Origin: Clostridia bacterium
Lineage (GTDB): Bacteria; Bacillota; Clostridia; Oscillospirales; CAG-272
Assembly (NCBI GenBank): GCA_017451485.1
Contig: JAFTOG010000013.1
Coordinates: 527-64,526, forward strand
DNA: 64,000 nucleotides
Direction: 5' to 3'
The notes beneath the pieces were generated by a model. It was not told the DNA's origin. It saw only the letters and a list, made by a program, of their open reading frames with translations, and searched no databases. The number at the start of each line of letters is the position of its first letter. Within the stretch, counting starts at the first letter, position 1. Below, in pieces: positions 28,239-39,220 of the stretch. The translations under genes and the position numbers were made by a program.

Positions 28239-29366
28239 TTTTTTAGAAATATCGCATATAGCCTCGTAAATCGAATATATCTCTTTTTTGGTGTTAAATA
28301 CGCTGAAGCTTACTCGTACAGCACCACCGTCTCCCGTTCCCAATAGCTTATGTGCCATGGGCGAGCAATGATAACCACTTCGTACGCAAATATCCCGTTT
28401 GTCAAGCAAACCGCCCACATATGCACTGGAGAGTCCGTCTATATTGAACATTATTGTATTACCGGGGTATGAATTCATTTCGTATAGTATAACTCGGTCA
28501 TTCAATTTAAGAAGCTCTGTAAGTGTGGTATACAGAGATTCCTCATAAGCACGGATTTTATTAATATCGACGGTTTTAAGCCATTTTAGAGCCTCATTTA
28601 AGCCGACAATTGTCGGGGTTGATAATGTTCCGCCTTCATATCTATCAGGTAGAAAATCGGGCATTTCCGTGTCCAAAGAATTAATTCCCGTACCACCCTC
28701 TATAAGAGTTTTACCGATAAACTCATTGCCGAATATTATTGCACCCACACCTTGTGGACCGTATAGTGATTTGTGCCCGGGGATACATAAAGCATCTATA
28801 TTCATTTTTTGCACATTAATATTATGCAATCCTGCACTTTGAGCTCCGTCGACTATGAATTTTATACCCCTTTCACGACACAGCTTACCTATTTCCTCAA
28901 TCGGCAGTCTTCTACATCCCACATTTGAAATATGAGTACATATAAGTAATGAGGTGGATGCATTAATATTACGCCTAATACTGCCTAAAATTTCATCGTT
29001 TGTTCCCGATGTGGAAAAGGTATTAAAGCTACATCCTGCATCCTTGCAAAGGGTGTATACAGGTCTTAAAACGGAATTATGCTCAATATCGCTGATTAAA
29101 ATATGGCATCCATCTTTTGCAAAGGTCTTTATAGCGATATTAAGAGCATAGGTGGTATTGTAGGTGAAAATGATATTTTCTGCTTCTGCACAAAATAAAT
29201 CAGCAAGTAAACATCGTGTCTCATAAATTTTCTCTGCACTTTTTTGAGATAGGGAATGAGAGCTTCTTCCCGGGTTTCCGCAGTATTTATTTATGCATCT
29301 TGCCATTTCTACACTTACATTTTGTGGTTTGGGGAAGGTGGTGGCGGCGTTATCCAAATAAATCAT
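28230..29366 (-). CDS. class V aminotransferase, cysteine desulfurase family
   Basis: IYLDNAATT, PLP-lysine context IPGHKSLYGPQG, C-terminal active-site Cys region RSGYHCSP. Confidence 0.8.
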   Translation of the reverse strand: MIYLDNAATTFPKPQNVSVEMARCINKYCGNPGRSSHSLSQKSAEKIYETRCLLADLFCAEAENIIFTYNTTYALNIAIKTFAKDGCHILISDIEHNSVLRPVYTLCKDAGCSFNTFSTSGTNDEILGSIRRNINASTSLLICTHISNVGCRRLPIEEIGKLCRERGIKFIVDGAQSAGLHNINVQKMNIDALCIPGHKSLYGPQGVGAIIFGNEFIGKTLIEGGTGINSLDTEMPDFLPDRYEGGTLSTPTIVGLNEALKWLKTVDINKIRAYEESLYTTLTELLKLNDRVILYEMNSYPGNTIMFNIDGLSSAYVGGLLDKRDICVRSGYHCSPMAHKLLGTGDGGAVRVSFSVFNTKKEIYSIYEAICDISKKAK

Positions 29367-29376
29367 AAATTTTTCT

Positions 29377-29592
29377 CTATAAACTTATTATTTCCGAATA
29401 TTTAACGGATTTTTTATCAAGGGCATCCTTTGCACTATATAAATTTACACATTGAAACTGTACGCCATATGCGCACCCCTTTTTTGTCATATAGGGCTCC
29501 AGCTTGATTATATCGCATTTAATATCAAGGCCTTCCAACGCTTTTTTTGCTTTAATGGCATGTGTTATTGATCTTACAGATGCTACACACAT
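29377..29592 (-). CDS. small DUF3343-like protein (putative S/Se carrier partner)
   Basis: 71 aa with SITHAIKAKKALEGLDI...KGCAYG. Directly upstream of the desulfurase in the same orientation. Confidence 0.55.
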   Translation of the reverse strand: MCVASVRSITHAIKAKKALEGLDIKCDIIKLEPYMTKKGCAYGVQFQCVNLYSAKDALDKKSVKYSEIISL

Positions 29593-29650
29593 AATACCTC
29601 CTTTAAGGATGCCTGTTATAAGTATATGAGGATATTTTCAAAGTAGATAC

Positions 29651-30559
29651 TTATAAAAGCATATACAGAGATGCTAACATACCCAGAATAACACCGTGTA
29701 AAAGCTTGAATATGAGATATTTTTTCTTGTTAAGAGGATAGCCGGAGCATATAGAGAATGTTTGAAACATAACCGATAAGCCACCAAAACCGATAGAAAA
29801 ACCCGTAAGAAAAGCACTTATAAAGACATTATTGAAGCTTACAGCATTGAAGGTTCCTTTGCTGAATTCAAATATTATAGATAAAAGACTACTGATTGTG
29901 GAATTGATATAGAGTGCAAAAATATCTGATAAAAGCGAAAAAAATATTACAAAAGAGCACGCATTGAAAACCGAGGAAAAGGCTGAGGATACGGAATATG
30001 TAAATGAATCTATAAGTCCGGGCTTATATGGAGTATATATGTATTCTGTATTACAGTGACCTTTAAGTAATAATTTACCGAGAAGAAGAGAAGTAATAAT
30101 CTCCGAAGTATACAGAAAAATCCCAAATTCCACACTGTTCCATATCAAAATGCCGACACAGGATATAACAAATCCAACCCCACAATTTGAGGATAATATT
30201 ACGGAATCGGAAAAAGCCTGTGCATCTTTTTCTTCTTTGTCGGAGTAGATGGAGCATATACATTTTGGACCGGTTATAAATCCGGATACAGATCCTAATA
30301 AGATTGATGATAGATATATTTTACAAATGCCTAATACATTTTTTGATGTTTTTTTATATTTATAAATTATTTCATCTGCAAGTTTGGATCTTATAACAAA
30401 GGAAGATAGTAAAATAAACGGAAACATCGATGGGATAAGGGTTTTTAAGCAAAATTCAATAGAATTATTGATGCTTGTTTTAAGATATTCTGCATTTGTA
30501 AAAAATAAAATATATAATAATATGGTGAAAAATAATGCAAACCAATTTTTGGATTTCAA
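29651..30559 (-). CDS. sporulation integral membrane protein YlbJ-like (nucleoside-recognition-type membrane protein)
   Basis: Polytopic. The N-terminal CLKTLIPSMFPFILLSSFVI resembles YlbJ VVFPSLLPFFILSELLI. At 302 aa it is shorter than B. subtilis YlbJ. Confidence 0.5.
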   Translation of the reverse strand: MKSKNWFALFFTILLYILFFTNAEYLKTSINNSIEFCLKTLIPSMFPFILLSSFVIRSKLADEIIYKYKKTSKNVLGICKIYLSSILLGSVSGFITGPKCICSIYSDKEEKDAQAFSDSVILSSNCGVGFVISCVGILIWNSVEFGIFLYTSEIITSLLLGKLLLKGHCNTEYIYTPYKPGLIDSFTYSVSSAFSSVFNACSFVIFFSLLSDIFALYINSTISSLLSIIFEFSKGTFNAVSFNNVFISAFLTGFSIGFGGLSVMFQTFSICSGYPLNKKKYLIFKLLHGVILGMLASLYMLL

Positions 30560-30627
30560 AAGTTATTATTGCACCTCCTTTATCATAAATATTTCTAATA
30601 GAATATATGAAAATCGGAGTCTGTAAA

Positions 30628-30921
30628 ATGATTAAAAAAACCTTTGGAGAAATAATATCTGATAAATTTGATATTCCGTTAAACGGTATTGTATCCGTTC
30701 CAAGTGCTCAGTTTATTGGCAATACCCACTTAAGCATTGATGGATGTGTGGGAATTAAAAAATACGATGAAACCGAAATAATTATAAGATGTAAGATTTA
30801 TATTATAAGAGTGATAGGTGCCTCCCTCTCAATGATGACTTTTTCTCAGGGAAGAGTGAGCATCCGTGGATACATAAGCTCTTATAATATTGAGAAGGTG
30901 AATAAGTATGGCAAAAATTGA
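30628..30921 (+). CDS. yqfC: sporulation protein YqfC (YabP family)
   Basis: Start re-set to ATG 30628. About 97 aa with a YabP-like beta-rich repeat pattern. Immediately precedes and overlaps yqfD. Confidence 0.72.
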   Translation: MIKKTFGEIISDKFDIPLNGIVSVPSAQFIGNTHLSIDGCVGIKKYDETEIIIRCKIYIIRVIGASLSMMTFSQGRVSIRGYISSYNIEKVNKYGKN

Positions 30922-32083
30922 GATTGGAAAATATATTTTTACTGTTCCTAAGCAACAGGTATCTTTAGCACTTGATGTACTTATTAAGCATTCCTTATCC
31001 TATGAAAAGATGAGCTTTTCTTCAAATGGTGATTTATGCTTATTAGTTCATGCCTCTTCCCGTGAGGAATACAAAAAAATTTTTTTAGAAGAAAAAATTG
31101 ATTTTACTGCAGAGAGACAAAAAAGCATTGTAAATTTTATTACAGGATATTCTATGCGATGGGGAATAGTGGTTGGACTGTTTATAATGCTGTTGGGAGT
31201 GCAGATATCCTCATCTTATGTATGGAAAATAAATGTTGAAGGTAATGTGTCTGTAAGTGATGAAGATATAATTGAAATTCTTGGTAACAGTGGATTAACG
31301 GTCGGTACTTTTATACCTGACATAAATTTTGATACAGTACATAACAGATTCCTAAAGAGTACAGAAGACATAGCATGGATTTCCGTAAATATAGACGGGA
31401 ATGTTGCAAATGTTAAAGTAAGGGAAAGAATGAAGGAGAACACGGTAAATAAAGATACATTTACAAATGTTGTAGCCAAAAGCGATGGACAAATTATTCT
31501 TATAAGCGTTTTTGACGGTGTTAAAAATGTATATGTTTCCGACACAGTAAAAAAAGGCGATATTCTAATATCGGGAATAATTGATTCGGATGCAGAGGGA
31601 GTACGCTATGTTCATGCTGATGGGATTGTGAATGCATATGTTAAGAAAAATATAACAGTTAAAGTGCCTATGAAGCAGAATGTAAAGGTATACACAGGAG
31701 TTATATATCGTGACAAAAGTGTAAAAGTATTTACAAAAAATATAAATATTTTCAAAAAGTATAGAAATTATAATATCTTATGTGATAAAATAGAATCAAG
31801 TGAAAATCTTAAGCTTTTTAACGGAGCAGAGCTTCCTATTGAGGTTATTGATACAAAATACCTTGAATATGAAATAAGGGAAATAGAATACTCCCAAAGA
31901 GAAGCTAAGGATATAGCGAATGCACAGCTAAAGGAAAAAATAGATTTACAGCTTGCAAATGCTATTTTAATATCACAAAAAACTAATCATTATTGCGATT
32001 ACGAATTTTACTATATAGAGTGTGAGCTTTATTGTATTGAGAATATCGCAGAATTAAAAGAATTTGAAGTTATAAAGGAATGA
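30908..32083 (+). CDS. yqfD: sporulation protein YqfD
   Basis: 391 aa with one central TM helix followed by WKINVEGNVSVSDEDI, as in the YqfD family. Conserved yqfC-yqfD-phoH order. Confidence 0.75.
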   Translation: MAKIEIGKYIFTVPKQQVSLALDVLIKHSLSYEKMSFSSNGDLCLLVHASSREEYKKIFLEEKIDFTAERQKSIVNFITGYSMRWGIVVGLFIMLLGVQISSSYVWKINVEGNVSVSDEDIIEILGNSGLTVGTFIPDINFDTVHNRFLKSTEDIAWISVNIDGNVANVKVRERMKENTVNKDTFTNVVAKSDGQIILISVFDGVKNVYVSDTVKKGDILISGIIDSDAEGVRYVHADGIVNAYVKKNITVKVPMKQNVKVYTGVIYRDKSVKVFTKNINIFKKYRNYNILCDKIESSENLKLFNGAELPIEVIDTKYLEYEIREIEYSQREAKDIANAQLKEKIDLQLANAILISQKTNHYCDYEFYYIECELYCIENIAELKEFEVIKE

Positions 32084-32087
32084 CAGA

Positions 32088-33122
32088 ATGGCAGAAAAGA
32101 CCTTTAATACACCATCACCCAGTGCAACAAGTGCCATATTCGGCACCTTCGATATGAATGTTACAGCAATTGAACGGGCTTTCGGAGTTAAGGTGGTAAA
32201 CAGACCGTCCAATAACGATATAGGTGATTGTGTAACTATAAGTGGAGATGAGGGAGCAGTAAAGAACGCCTATGAGGTTTTAATGTATCTTAATAAAATG
32301 GCGTCCATGAATAATATAATAACCGAGCAAAGTGTGGATTACGCTATTTCTATGGTTATGGAAAAGCGAACATCGGACCTTAATGAGCTTGATGATGATT
32401 GCATTTTTGTCAGTGCAAAGGGTAGACCTATAAAGGCAAAAACAGTAGGGCAGAAGCGTTATATTGATTCTATAAGAAAGAACACAGTAACTCTTGGTAT
32501 TGGCCCAGCAGGAACAGGTAAAACCTTCCTTGCCGTTGCAATGGCTGTTAAGGCTTTGAGAGATAAGGAAATCAACAGAATAATATTGACAAGACCGGCA
32601 GTTGAAGCAGGTGAACGCTTGGGCTTTTTACCCGGAGATCTTCAAAGCAAAATAGACCCGTATTTACGACCATTATATGATGCTCTTTATGAAATGCTCG
32701 GAATGGAGAACTGCTCAAAATATATCGAAAAAATGGTGATTGAGATAGCCCCACTTGCTTATATGCGTGGCAGAACTCTTGATGATTCATTTATAATCCT
32801 TGACGAAGCTCAGAATACTACTCCGGAGCAAATGAAAATGTTTCTTACCAGACTTGGAGTTGGCTCTAAGATAGTTGTAACAGGTGACCTTACACAGACA
32901 GATTTACCTGATGGTAAAAAGAGTGGACTTGCAGAGGCAGTAAAAATACTTAGGGATGTCGAGGGGATATCCATTCATACCTTTAGTGAAAAGGATGTTG
33001 TCAGACATAAGCTTGTACAAAGAATTATACTGGCATATGACAGATACGAAAAGGAAAGTGCAGAAAAGCACAAGGAAAGATTTGAAAAAAATTTTAATTC
33101 AAAAAGAGGAAATCAAAAATGA
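32088..33122 (+). CDS. phoH: PhoH-like ATPase
   Basis: Walker A GPAGTGKTFLAV, FIILDEAQN, conserved C-terminus. Confidence 0.9.
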   Translation: MAEKTFNTPSPSATSAIFGTFDMNVTAIERAFGVKVVNRPSNNDIGDCVTISGDEGAVKNAYEVLMYLNKMASMNNIITEQSVDYAISMVMEKRTSDLNELDDDCIFVSAKGRPIKAKTVGQKRYIDSIRKNTVTLGIGPAGTGKTFLAVAMAVKALRDKEINRIILTRPAVEAGERLGFLPGDLQSKIDPYLRPLYDALYEMLGMENCSKYIEKMVIEIAPLAYMRGRTLDDSFIILDEAQNTTPEQMKMFLTRLGVGSKIVVTGDLTQTDLPDGKKSGLAEAVKILRDVEGISIHTFSEKDVVRHKLVQRIILAYDRYEKESAEKHKERFEKNFNSKRGNQK

Positions 33123-33583
33123 AATTAACTACCTACATTAAGGATGAGCAAAATATTTATGATGTCAGAGTTGCCATGAAGGCAATAGTAAGAAAGGCAG
33201 TATTCAATACCCTCGTATATGAGGGATTTGATAAAAATTGCGAGGTTTCTGTAACTTTTGTTGATAATGAAGCTATTAAAGAGCTTAATAAAACTTATAG
33301 GAACAAAAACAGAGAAACAGATGTTCTTTCATTTCCTATGTTTGAGGATTTCAATGAAATAAATATCGGAACAGACGATATTCCTCTCGGTGATATTGTT
33401 ATTTCGCTTGAAAAGGCTGCAAAGCAGGGCTATGAGATAGGACATAGTATCTATCACGAGGTGGCTTTTCTCTGCGTTCATTCGACTCTTCATCTCCTTG
33501 GCTATGACCATGAGACATCTAAGGAGGATGAGAAGGAAATGTTCAGAAAACAGAAAGAAATAATGGAGATAATGGGATTTTAA
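33119..33583 (+). CDS. ybeY: rRNA maturation endoribonuclease YbeY
   Basis: HSTLHLLGYDH zinc motif. 154 aa. Confidence 0.92.
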   Translation: MKLTTYIKDEQNIYDVRVAMKAIVRKAVFNTLVYEGFDKNCEVSVTFVDNEAIKELNKTYRNKNRETDVLSFPMFEDFNEINIGTDDIPLGDIVISLEKAAKQGYEIGHSIYHEVAFLCVHSTLHLLGYDHETSKEDEKEMFRKQKEIMEIMGF

Positions 33584-34473
33584 TGAAAAAGACAGCTTTT
33601 ATTGCAATAGTAGGCAGACCAAATGTTGGTAAATCCACATTACTTAATGCTATCCTTGGAGAAAAGGTGGCAATAGTATCGTCCAAGCCTCAGACCACAA
33701 GAAACAGGATTACCGGTATACTTACAAAGGGAGATAATCAATTTGTTTTCCTTGATACTCCGGGATTCCAAAAACCCAGAACTAAGCTCGGAGATTATAT
33801 GCTTAAGGCATCAAGCTCATCAATAGGCTCATCCGACGCAGCAATTATAATGGCTGATGCTTTTCATTCCCCGGGTGAAATTGAAAAGAATATTATTGAA
33901 CAGATAGTAGCAAACAAAATCCCTGCTGTTTTGGTTCTTAATAAAACCGATATGTCAGATCCCGTAAAGCTTGCAGAAACTATTGCTCAGTATGATGCGA
34001 TATATAAGTTTGATGCAGTTATTCCCACCAGTGCATCGAAGGGACAAGGTGTCGATATAGTTCTTCAGGAATGTGAAAAATTCTTAACGGAGAGTGAATG
34101 GTTTTTCCCCGAGGATATGATTACTGACCAACCTGAAAGAATGATAGCAGCTGAAACAATCAGAGAAAAAATATTAAGAACACTCAATGATGAGATTCCT
34201 CACGGTACAGCTGTATCTATTGAAGAATTTAAGGATGAGGGAAAGATTCTCAGAATTAGAGCTGATATTTATTGCGAAAAGGCTTCTCATAAAGGAATTA
34301 TTATCGGAAAAAACGGAGAGGCGCTCAAGACTATTGGCTCGTATGCCAGAGAAGACCTTGAAAAATTCTTTGGCGTTAAGGTTTATCTTAATCTTTGGGT
34401 TAAGGTTAAAGAAAAATGGAGAGATAATTTATTTAACTTGAATAACTTTGGATACAACCAAAAGGAGATCTGA
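33583..34473 (+). CDS. era: GTPase Era
   Basis: GRPNVGKST, DTPG, NKTD, C-terminal KH domain. Confidence 0.95.
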   Translation: MKKTAFIAIVGRPNVGKSTLLNAILGEKVAIVSSKPQTTRNRITGILTKGDNQFVFLDTPGFQKPRTKLGDYMLKASSSSIGSSDAAIIMADAFHSPGEIEKNIIEQIVANKIPAVLVLNKTDMSDPVKLAETIAQYDAIYKFDAVIPTSASKGQGVDIVLQECEKFLTESEWFFPEDMITDQPERMIAAETIREKILRTLNDEIPHGTAVSIEEFKDEGKILRIRADIYCEKASHKGIIIGKNGEALKTIGSYAREDLEKFFGVKVYLNLWVKVKEKWRDNLFNLNNFGYNQKEI

Positions 34474-35264
34474 TGATCGATTTCAGAGTGAATGGCTTAG
34501 TTATCAGGGAAACAGACCATAAGGATAATGATAAGCTTTTAACAGTTCTTACTGAAAAATACGGTAAGCTTTATGTAATAGGTAAAGGTGTAAAAAGTCT
34601 TAAAAACCGACATATGGCTTCATCCCAATTATTTGCTTATTCATCCTTGAATTTGCGAAAAACAGGTAATAATTTATACTACATAACAGACAGCGATCTG
34701 ATAGAGAATTATTACGATATTAGAAATGACATCTTAAAGCTTTCTCTTGCTACCTTTATATGTGATGTTTTGTGTGAGGTGTCACGAGAGGGAACAGAGG
34801 ATATAAGTATATTAAAACTAGCACTTAATACATTTTATGCAATTGCAAAAAATATAAAATCATTAGAAATAATCAGAGCTTCATTTGAGCTGAGAATCCT
34901 TACAGAATGTGGATTTATGCCCGATTTATCTCAGTGTAGAGACTGTGGATGCAATTTGCCGAATATTGCAACACTTGATATAATGAATGGCAATTTTGTG
35001 TGTGAGGATTGTATGAAAAAAATATCTTTTTCAAATGCAGAAAATACATATTTTGATACAGGAGTTCAGCGTCCTGTATCAATTATAAGTGCTTCGGTCC
35101 TACAGGCTATGAGATATGTATGTACTTCAAAACAGGAACGGTTTTTGTCATTCAATCTCGATATAAGCGAACACGAAATGTTTTTTTTAGTATGTGAAAA
35201 ATATCTTCTTAACCAGCTTGAAAGAAGCTTTTATTCTTTAGAGTTTTACAAATCAATGTTATAG
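34473..35264 (+). CDS. recO: DNA repair protein RecO
   Basis: OB-fold N-terminus GLVIRETDHKDNDK. Zn finger CRDCGC...VCEDC. Confidence 0.85.
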   Translation: MIDFRVNGLVIRETDHKDNDKLLTVLTEKYGKLYVIGKGVKSLKNRHMASSQLFAYSSLNLRKTGNNLYYITDSDLIENYYDIRNDILKLSLATFICDVLCEVSREGTEDISILKLALNTFYAIAKNIKSLEIIRASFELRILTECGFMPDLSQCRDCGCNLPNIATLDIMNGNFVCEDCMKKISFSNAENTYFDTGVQRPVSIISASVLQAMRYVCTSKQERFLSFNLDISEHEMFFLVCEKYLLNQLERSFYSLEFYKSML

Positions 35265-35281
35265 AAATCATAAGGGGATAT

Positions 35282-37654
35282 ATGCGTAACTTTGAAAAAT
35301 CAATTAGAATTTTAGAATTTGATAAAATACTTGGTATGCTTGCTTCTGTAGCTCCTACAGAAGGATCAAGAAGGAGAGCACTTTCTTTACAACCAACAAG
35401 CAATGTGGACACTGTAAAAAAAAGACAGGGTTTTACCTCAGATGCAAAAAAAATGATGGCAATCAAAGGAGCACCCTCCTTTGGAAATATGCCTGATATA
35501 CTTGATTCAATAGAAAAAGCCGAAAAAAATTATGTATTATCACCGAGAGAGATACTTGATGTTGCCTCTGTGCTGCATACAGCAAGGTCTTTAATTGAAT
35601 ATATTAAGTCTGATGCTTTGCAGAGATGTGCTCTTACGGATTTTTTTGATTCTCTTGTACCTAATAAATCTCTTGAGGATAGGATAGTTAGAGCTATTAT
35701 AGGTGAGGATCTTATAGCTGACGAGGCAAGTCCTGCTTTGGCAGATATAAGACGGAAAATCAGATATCAGACTAATCGAATCAGAGAAGTATTGCAGAGC
35801 TTTTTGATTGGAGAAAGCTCGAAGCATCTTCGTGATACCATTGTAACTATGAGAAACGGAAGATATGTACTTCCTGTCAAGAGTGAAAATAAAAATGATA
35901 TTAAGGGCTTGGTTCACGATACATCCGGAACAGGAGCAACACTTTTTATCGAGCCTATAGCAGTTGTTGAAGCAAATAATGAGCTACGTACTCTTATGGG
36001 TCAGGAGCAGACAGAAATCGAACGAATACTCGCAGAATTTTCCTCGGAAATTGCTGATTTTGCCCTTCAGTTAAATCACAACTACCGTAATATAACGGAA
36101 ATTGCATTTTATTTTGCCTGTTCGGAGCTTGCATATAAAATGGATGCTATTGAGCCAATTATCAGCGATGATAGAAAAGTAATATTTGAAAGAGCACGAC
36201 ATCCTTTATTAGAAAAGGAAAAGGTTGTTCCTATTAATATTCATTTAGGCGACGAATTTTGTATGCTTGTTATTACAGGACCAAATACAGGTGGTAAAAC
36301 TGTAACTCTTAAAACATTAGGACTTTTTGCACTTATGGCACAGTCCGGACTTCAGCTTCCTGCCGACAGTGCAGAAATTTGTATTTTTGACGGAATATAT
36401 CCGGATATAGGTGATGAGCAAAGTATAGAGCAATCCTTATCTACATTTTCTTCTCATATGGTGTCAATTGTGCAAATACTGGATAAAGCAACTACAGATT
36501 CGCTTGTGCTTTTTGATGAGCTTGGAGCCGGTACAGACCCAATTGAGGGTGCCGCACTTGCACAATCCATACTTGAAAAAATAATAGAAAAACAAAGCTT
36601 ATGTGCTGCTACAACACATTATGCAGAGTTGAAGGCCTTTGCACTTAATACTGAAAATGTATCAAATGCCTGCTGTGAATTTGATATTAATACACTTAAG
36701 CCAACATATAAGCTCATAATTGGTGCACCCGGAAAGTCAAACGCTTTTTTAATTTCTGCTAAGCTTGGTATATCGGAGGATATTGTAAACAGAGCAAAGG
36801 AGCTTACCTCTGATGATTCAAAAAGCTTTGAATCGGTTATAGGAAGACTTGAGGAATCAAGAATAGCTCTTGAAAATGAAAAGGCAGAGATGTCAAGACT
36901 TAAAAATGAATTTGAAGCCTTCAAAAAATCTGCCGAAAAGAATCTTAATGAAAAGCTTGGCCGTGCAGAAAAGGATGCTGAGGAAATGATCAAAAAAGCT
37001 CAGCAGATGATATCCGGAGCCAAGGTAAGTGCTGAATATATCTTTGATAGACTTGATAAGCTACAAAAAGAGAAGGATTCCAAGGACTTTTCAAGAACAT
37101 ATGCTGATGCAAAGAAGGAGCTTAGAAATAGGCTTAACGAGGCTGATGATATTTATAATCCGGTTGAGCACATTGATGAAAACTATGTACTGCCAAGACC
37201 TCTTGTTAAAGGTGATAATGTAATTCTTAAAAATCTTGGAACAGAGGGAATTCTTCTTGATAATCCCGATAAGCAAGGAAATGTTACTGTAAAATCAGGT
37301 ATAGCAAAGACAAAAACAAACATTTCAAACCTTATACTTGTTACCGAGAAAAAAAGTGAAAATAAAAAAGAAAAACCCACTCAAAGAACAAAAACCATTG
37401 TTTCAAAGGATTTTTCATTATCGATAGATGTAAGAGGTAAGAATACAGAAGAAGCATGGGTAGATATTGACAAATACTTTGATGAAGCACTGTATTACGG
37501 TATTAAAAGTGTTACTGTGGTACACGGAAAGGGTACGGGTGCTTTAAGAAAAGGGCTTTGGGAATTTTTTAGGAAGGACCAAAGGGTAAAAAAATATAGA
37601 CACGGTGAGTTCGGAGAAGGAGATTTTGGCGTAACCGTGATAGAATTCAAGTAA
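35282..37654 (+). CDS. mutS2: endonuclease MutS2
   Basis: Walker A GPNTGGKT, DELGAGTDP, C-terminal Smr domain VVHGKGTGALR. Confidence 0.92.
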   Translation: MRNFEKSIRILEFDKILGMLASVAPTEGSRRRALSLQPTSNVDTVKKRQGFTSDAKKMMAIKGAPSFGNMPDILDSIEKAEKNYVLSPREILDVASVLHTARSLIEYIKSDALQRCALTDFFDSLVPNKSLEDRIVRAIIGEDLIADEASPALADIRRKIRYQTNRIREVLQSFLIGESSKHLRDTIVTMRNGRYVLPVKSENKNDIKGLVHDTSGTGATLFIEPIAVVEANNELRTLMGQEQTEIERILAEFSSEIADFALQLNHNYRNITEIAFYFACSELAYKMDAIEPIISDDRKVIFERARHPLLEKEKVVPINIHLGDEFCMLVITGPNTGGKTVTLKTLGLFALMAQSGLQLPADSAEICIFDGIYPDIGDEQSIEQSLSTFSSHMVSIVQILDKATTDSLVLFDELGAGTDPIEGAALAQSILEKIIEKQSLCAATTHYAELKAFALNTENVSNACCEFDINTLKPTYKLIIGAPGKSNAFLISAKLGISEDIVNRAKELTSDDSKSFESVIGRLEESRIALENEKAEMSRLKNEFEAFKKSAEKNLNEKLGRAEKDAEEMIKKAQQMISGAKVSAEYIFDRLDKLQKEKDSKDFSRTYADAKKELRNRLNEADDIYNPVEHIDENYVLPRPLVKGDNVILKNLGTEGILLDNPDKQGNVTVKSGIAKTKTNISNLILVTEKKSENKKEKPTQRTKTIVSKDFSLSIDVRGKNTEEAWVDIDKYFDEALYYGIKSVTVVHGKGTGALRKGLWEFFRKDQRVKKYRHGEFGEGDFGVTVIEFK

Positions 37655-37660
37655 AAGTAC

Positions 37661-37689
37661 TTGAAATAACGATTTGGTATTGCTATAAT
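37661..37689 (+). promoter_or_regulatory. sigma-A promoter of rhaB-rhaA
   Basis: TTGAAA (37661-37666), 17 nt, TATAAT (37684-37689). Confidence 0.55.
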
Positions 37690-37730
37690 ATAAAGAGAAA
37701 TTAAATTCACTATTGAAAGGATTTTGAAAA

Positions 37731-39218
37731 ATGTCTGAATTGAAAATGCTGGCAATCGACCTCGGTGCTTCAAGTGGACGAGGAATAGTAGGCTCCTTTG
37801 ACGGTAGTAAGTTTTCTATTAGAGAAAACCACCGTTTTCCCAATGAACCTGTTAACATTTCCGGAAGCTTCTGTTGGGATATATTAAGAATATTCCACGA
37901 AATCAAATCCTCTATTTCAAAATGTATTTTATCCGATGATAAGGATATAAAGAGCATAGGTATTGATACATGGGGTGTTGACTATAGCTTTGTAGATAAA
38001 AACGGTGTTTTGATGGCTAATCCTTATCATTACCGTGATGACAGAACAATCGGTATTCAGCCCTATGCGTTTAATAAGGTTCCTTTTGAGGATATATATT
38101 CCGTTACAGGAATACAGACTATGAACTTCAACACTCTATATCAGCTTTGTGCTGATCTTCGTGACAGAAAGTATATAATTGATAACGCAGACAAGCTTTT
38201 GTTTGTTCCCGATCTTCTTAACTATTTTCTCACAGGAGAAAAGCTTACTGAATATACGATAGCATCTACAGGTGCAATTATTGACGCAAAAGAAAGAAAG
38301 ATAGCCTTTGACCTGCTTAATAAATTCGGTATTAGAAATGATATATTCTGTGACCTTGTGATGCCGGGAAATAGAATCGGCAAGCTTTCTAAGGGGTTAA
38401 GAAACGAAATTGGTGAGATTGGTGCCGATGTTGTAAATGTAGCTGCCCACGATACAGCAAGTGCTGTAATTGCCGTTCCCGCTAAAAAAGGCGATGATTT
38501 TGTTTACATCAGCAGTGGCACATGGTCTCTTATGGGTGTTGAGTGTGATGAGCCCGTTATTACTAAAGAATCCATGGATTACAATCTAACAAATGAGGGT
38601 GGAGCAGAAAGAAAGATCCGATTCTTGAAAAATATTATGGGGCTCTGGCTTGAGCAGGAATCAAGAAGGCAGTGGAGACGAGAGGGACTTGATATATCAT
38701 TTGATGAGCTTACTGCAAAGGCTCTTGAATCAAAGCCGTTCCAATGCTTTATCGATCCTAATAATCAGCTGTTTAACCCTCAGGGAGATATGCCTTCAAG
38801 AATCAGAGAGTTCTGTAAGAAGACAGGCCAGCATGTTCCGGAAACTATAGGTGAGGTTGTGAGATGTATTTTTGAAAGCCTTGTTCTTTGCTATAGACAG
38901 ACAATTGAATCTATCGAACATATGACAGGTAAGCATTATAACTCTATCAACATTGTTGGTGGAGGAACTAAGGAGGCTATTCTTTGTCAGTATGCTGCTG
39001 ATGCATCTAATAGAGTTGTTTATGCAGGTCCTGTTGAAGCTACTGCTATAGGTAATATTTCAATGCAGGCAATTTCCTCTGGCGAAATTAAGAATGTAGC
39101 TGAGGCAAGAGAGGTTGTAAGAAACTCCTTTGAAATTAAAGTATATGAGCCTCATCACACTGAAGCATGGGATGAAGCATATAATAGATATTTAGCTATC
39201 TGTGGAAAGGAATTTTAA
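37731..39218 (+). CDS. rhaB: rhamnulokinase (FGGY family)
   Basis: [24 protein letters not shown]. Immediately upstream of rhaA. Confidence 0.85.
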   Translation: MSELKMLAIDLGASSGRGIVGSFDGSKFSIRENHRFPNEPVNISGSFCWDILRIFHEIKSSISKCILSDDKDIKSIGIDTWGVDYSFVDKNGVLMANPYHYRDDRTIGIQPYAFNKVPFEDIYSVTGIQTMNFNTLYQLCADLRDRKYIIDNADKLLFVPDLLNYFLTGEKLTEYTIASTGAIIDAKERKIAFDLLNKFGIRNDIFCDLVMPGNRIGKLSKGLRNEIGEIGADVVNVAAHDTASAVIAVPAKKGDDFVYISSGTWSLMGVECDEPVITKESMDYNLTNEGGAERKIRFLKNIMGLWLEQESRRQWRREGLDISFDELTAKALESKPFQCFIDPNNQLFNPQGDMPSRIREFCKKTGQHVPETIGEVVRCIFESLVLCYRQTIESIEHMTGKHYNSINIVGGGTKEAILCQYAADASNRVVYAGPVEATAIGNISMQAISSGEIKNVAEAREVVRNSFEIKVYEPHHTEAWDEAYNRYLAICGKEF

Positions 39219-39220
39219 TT

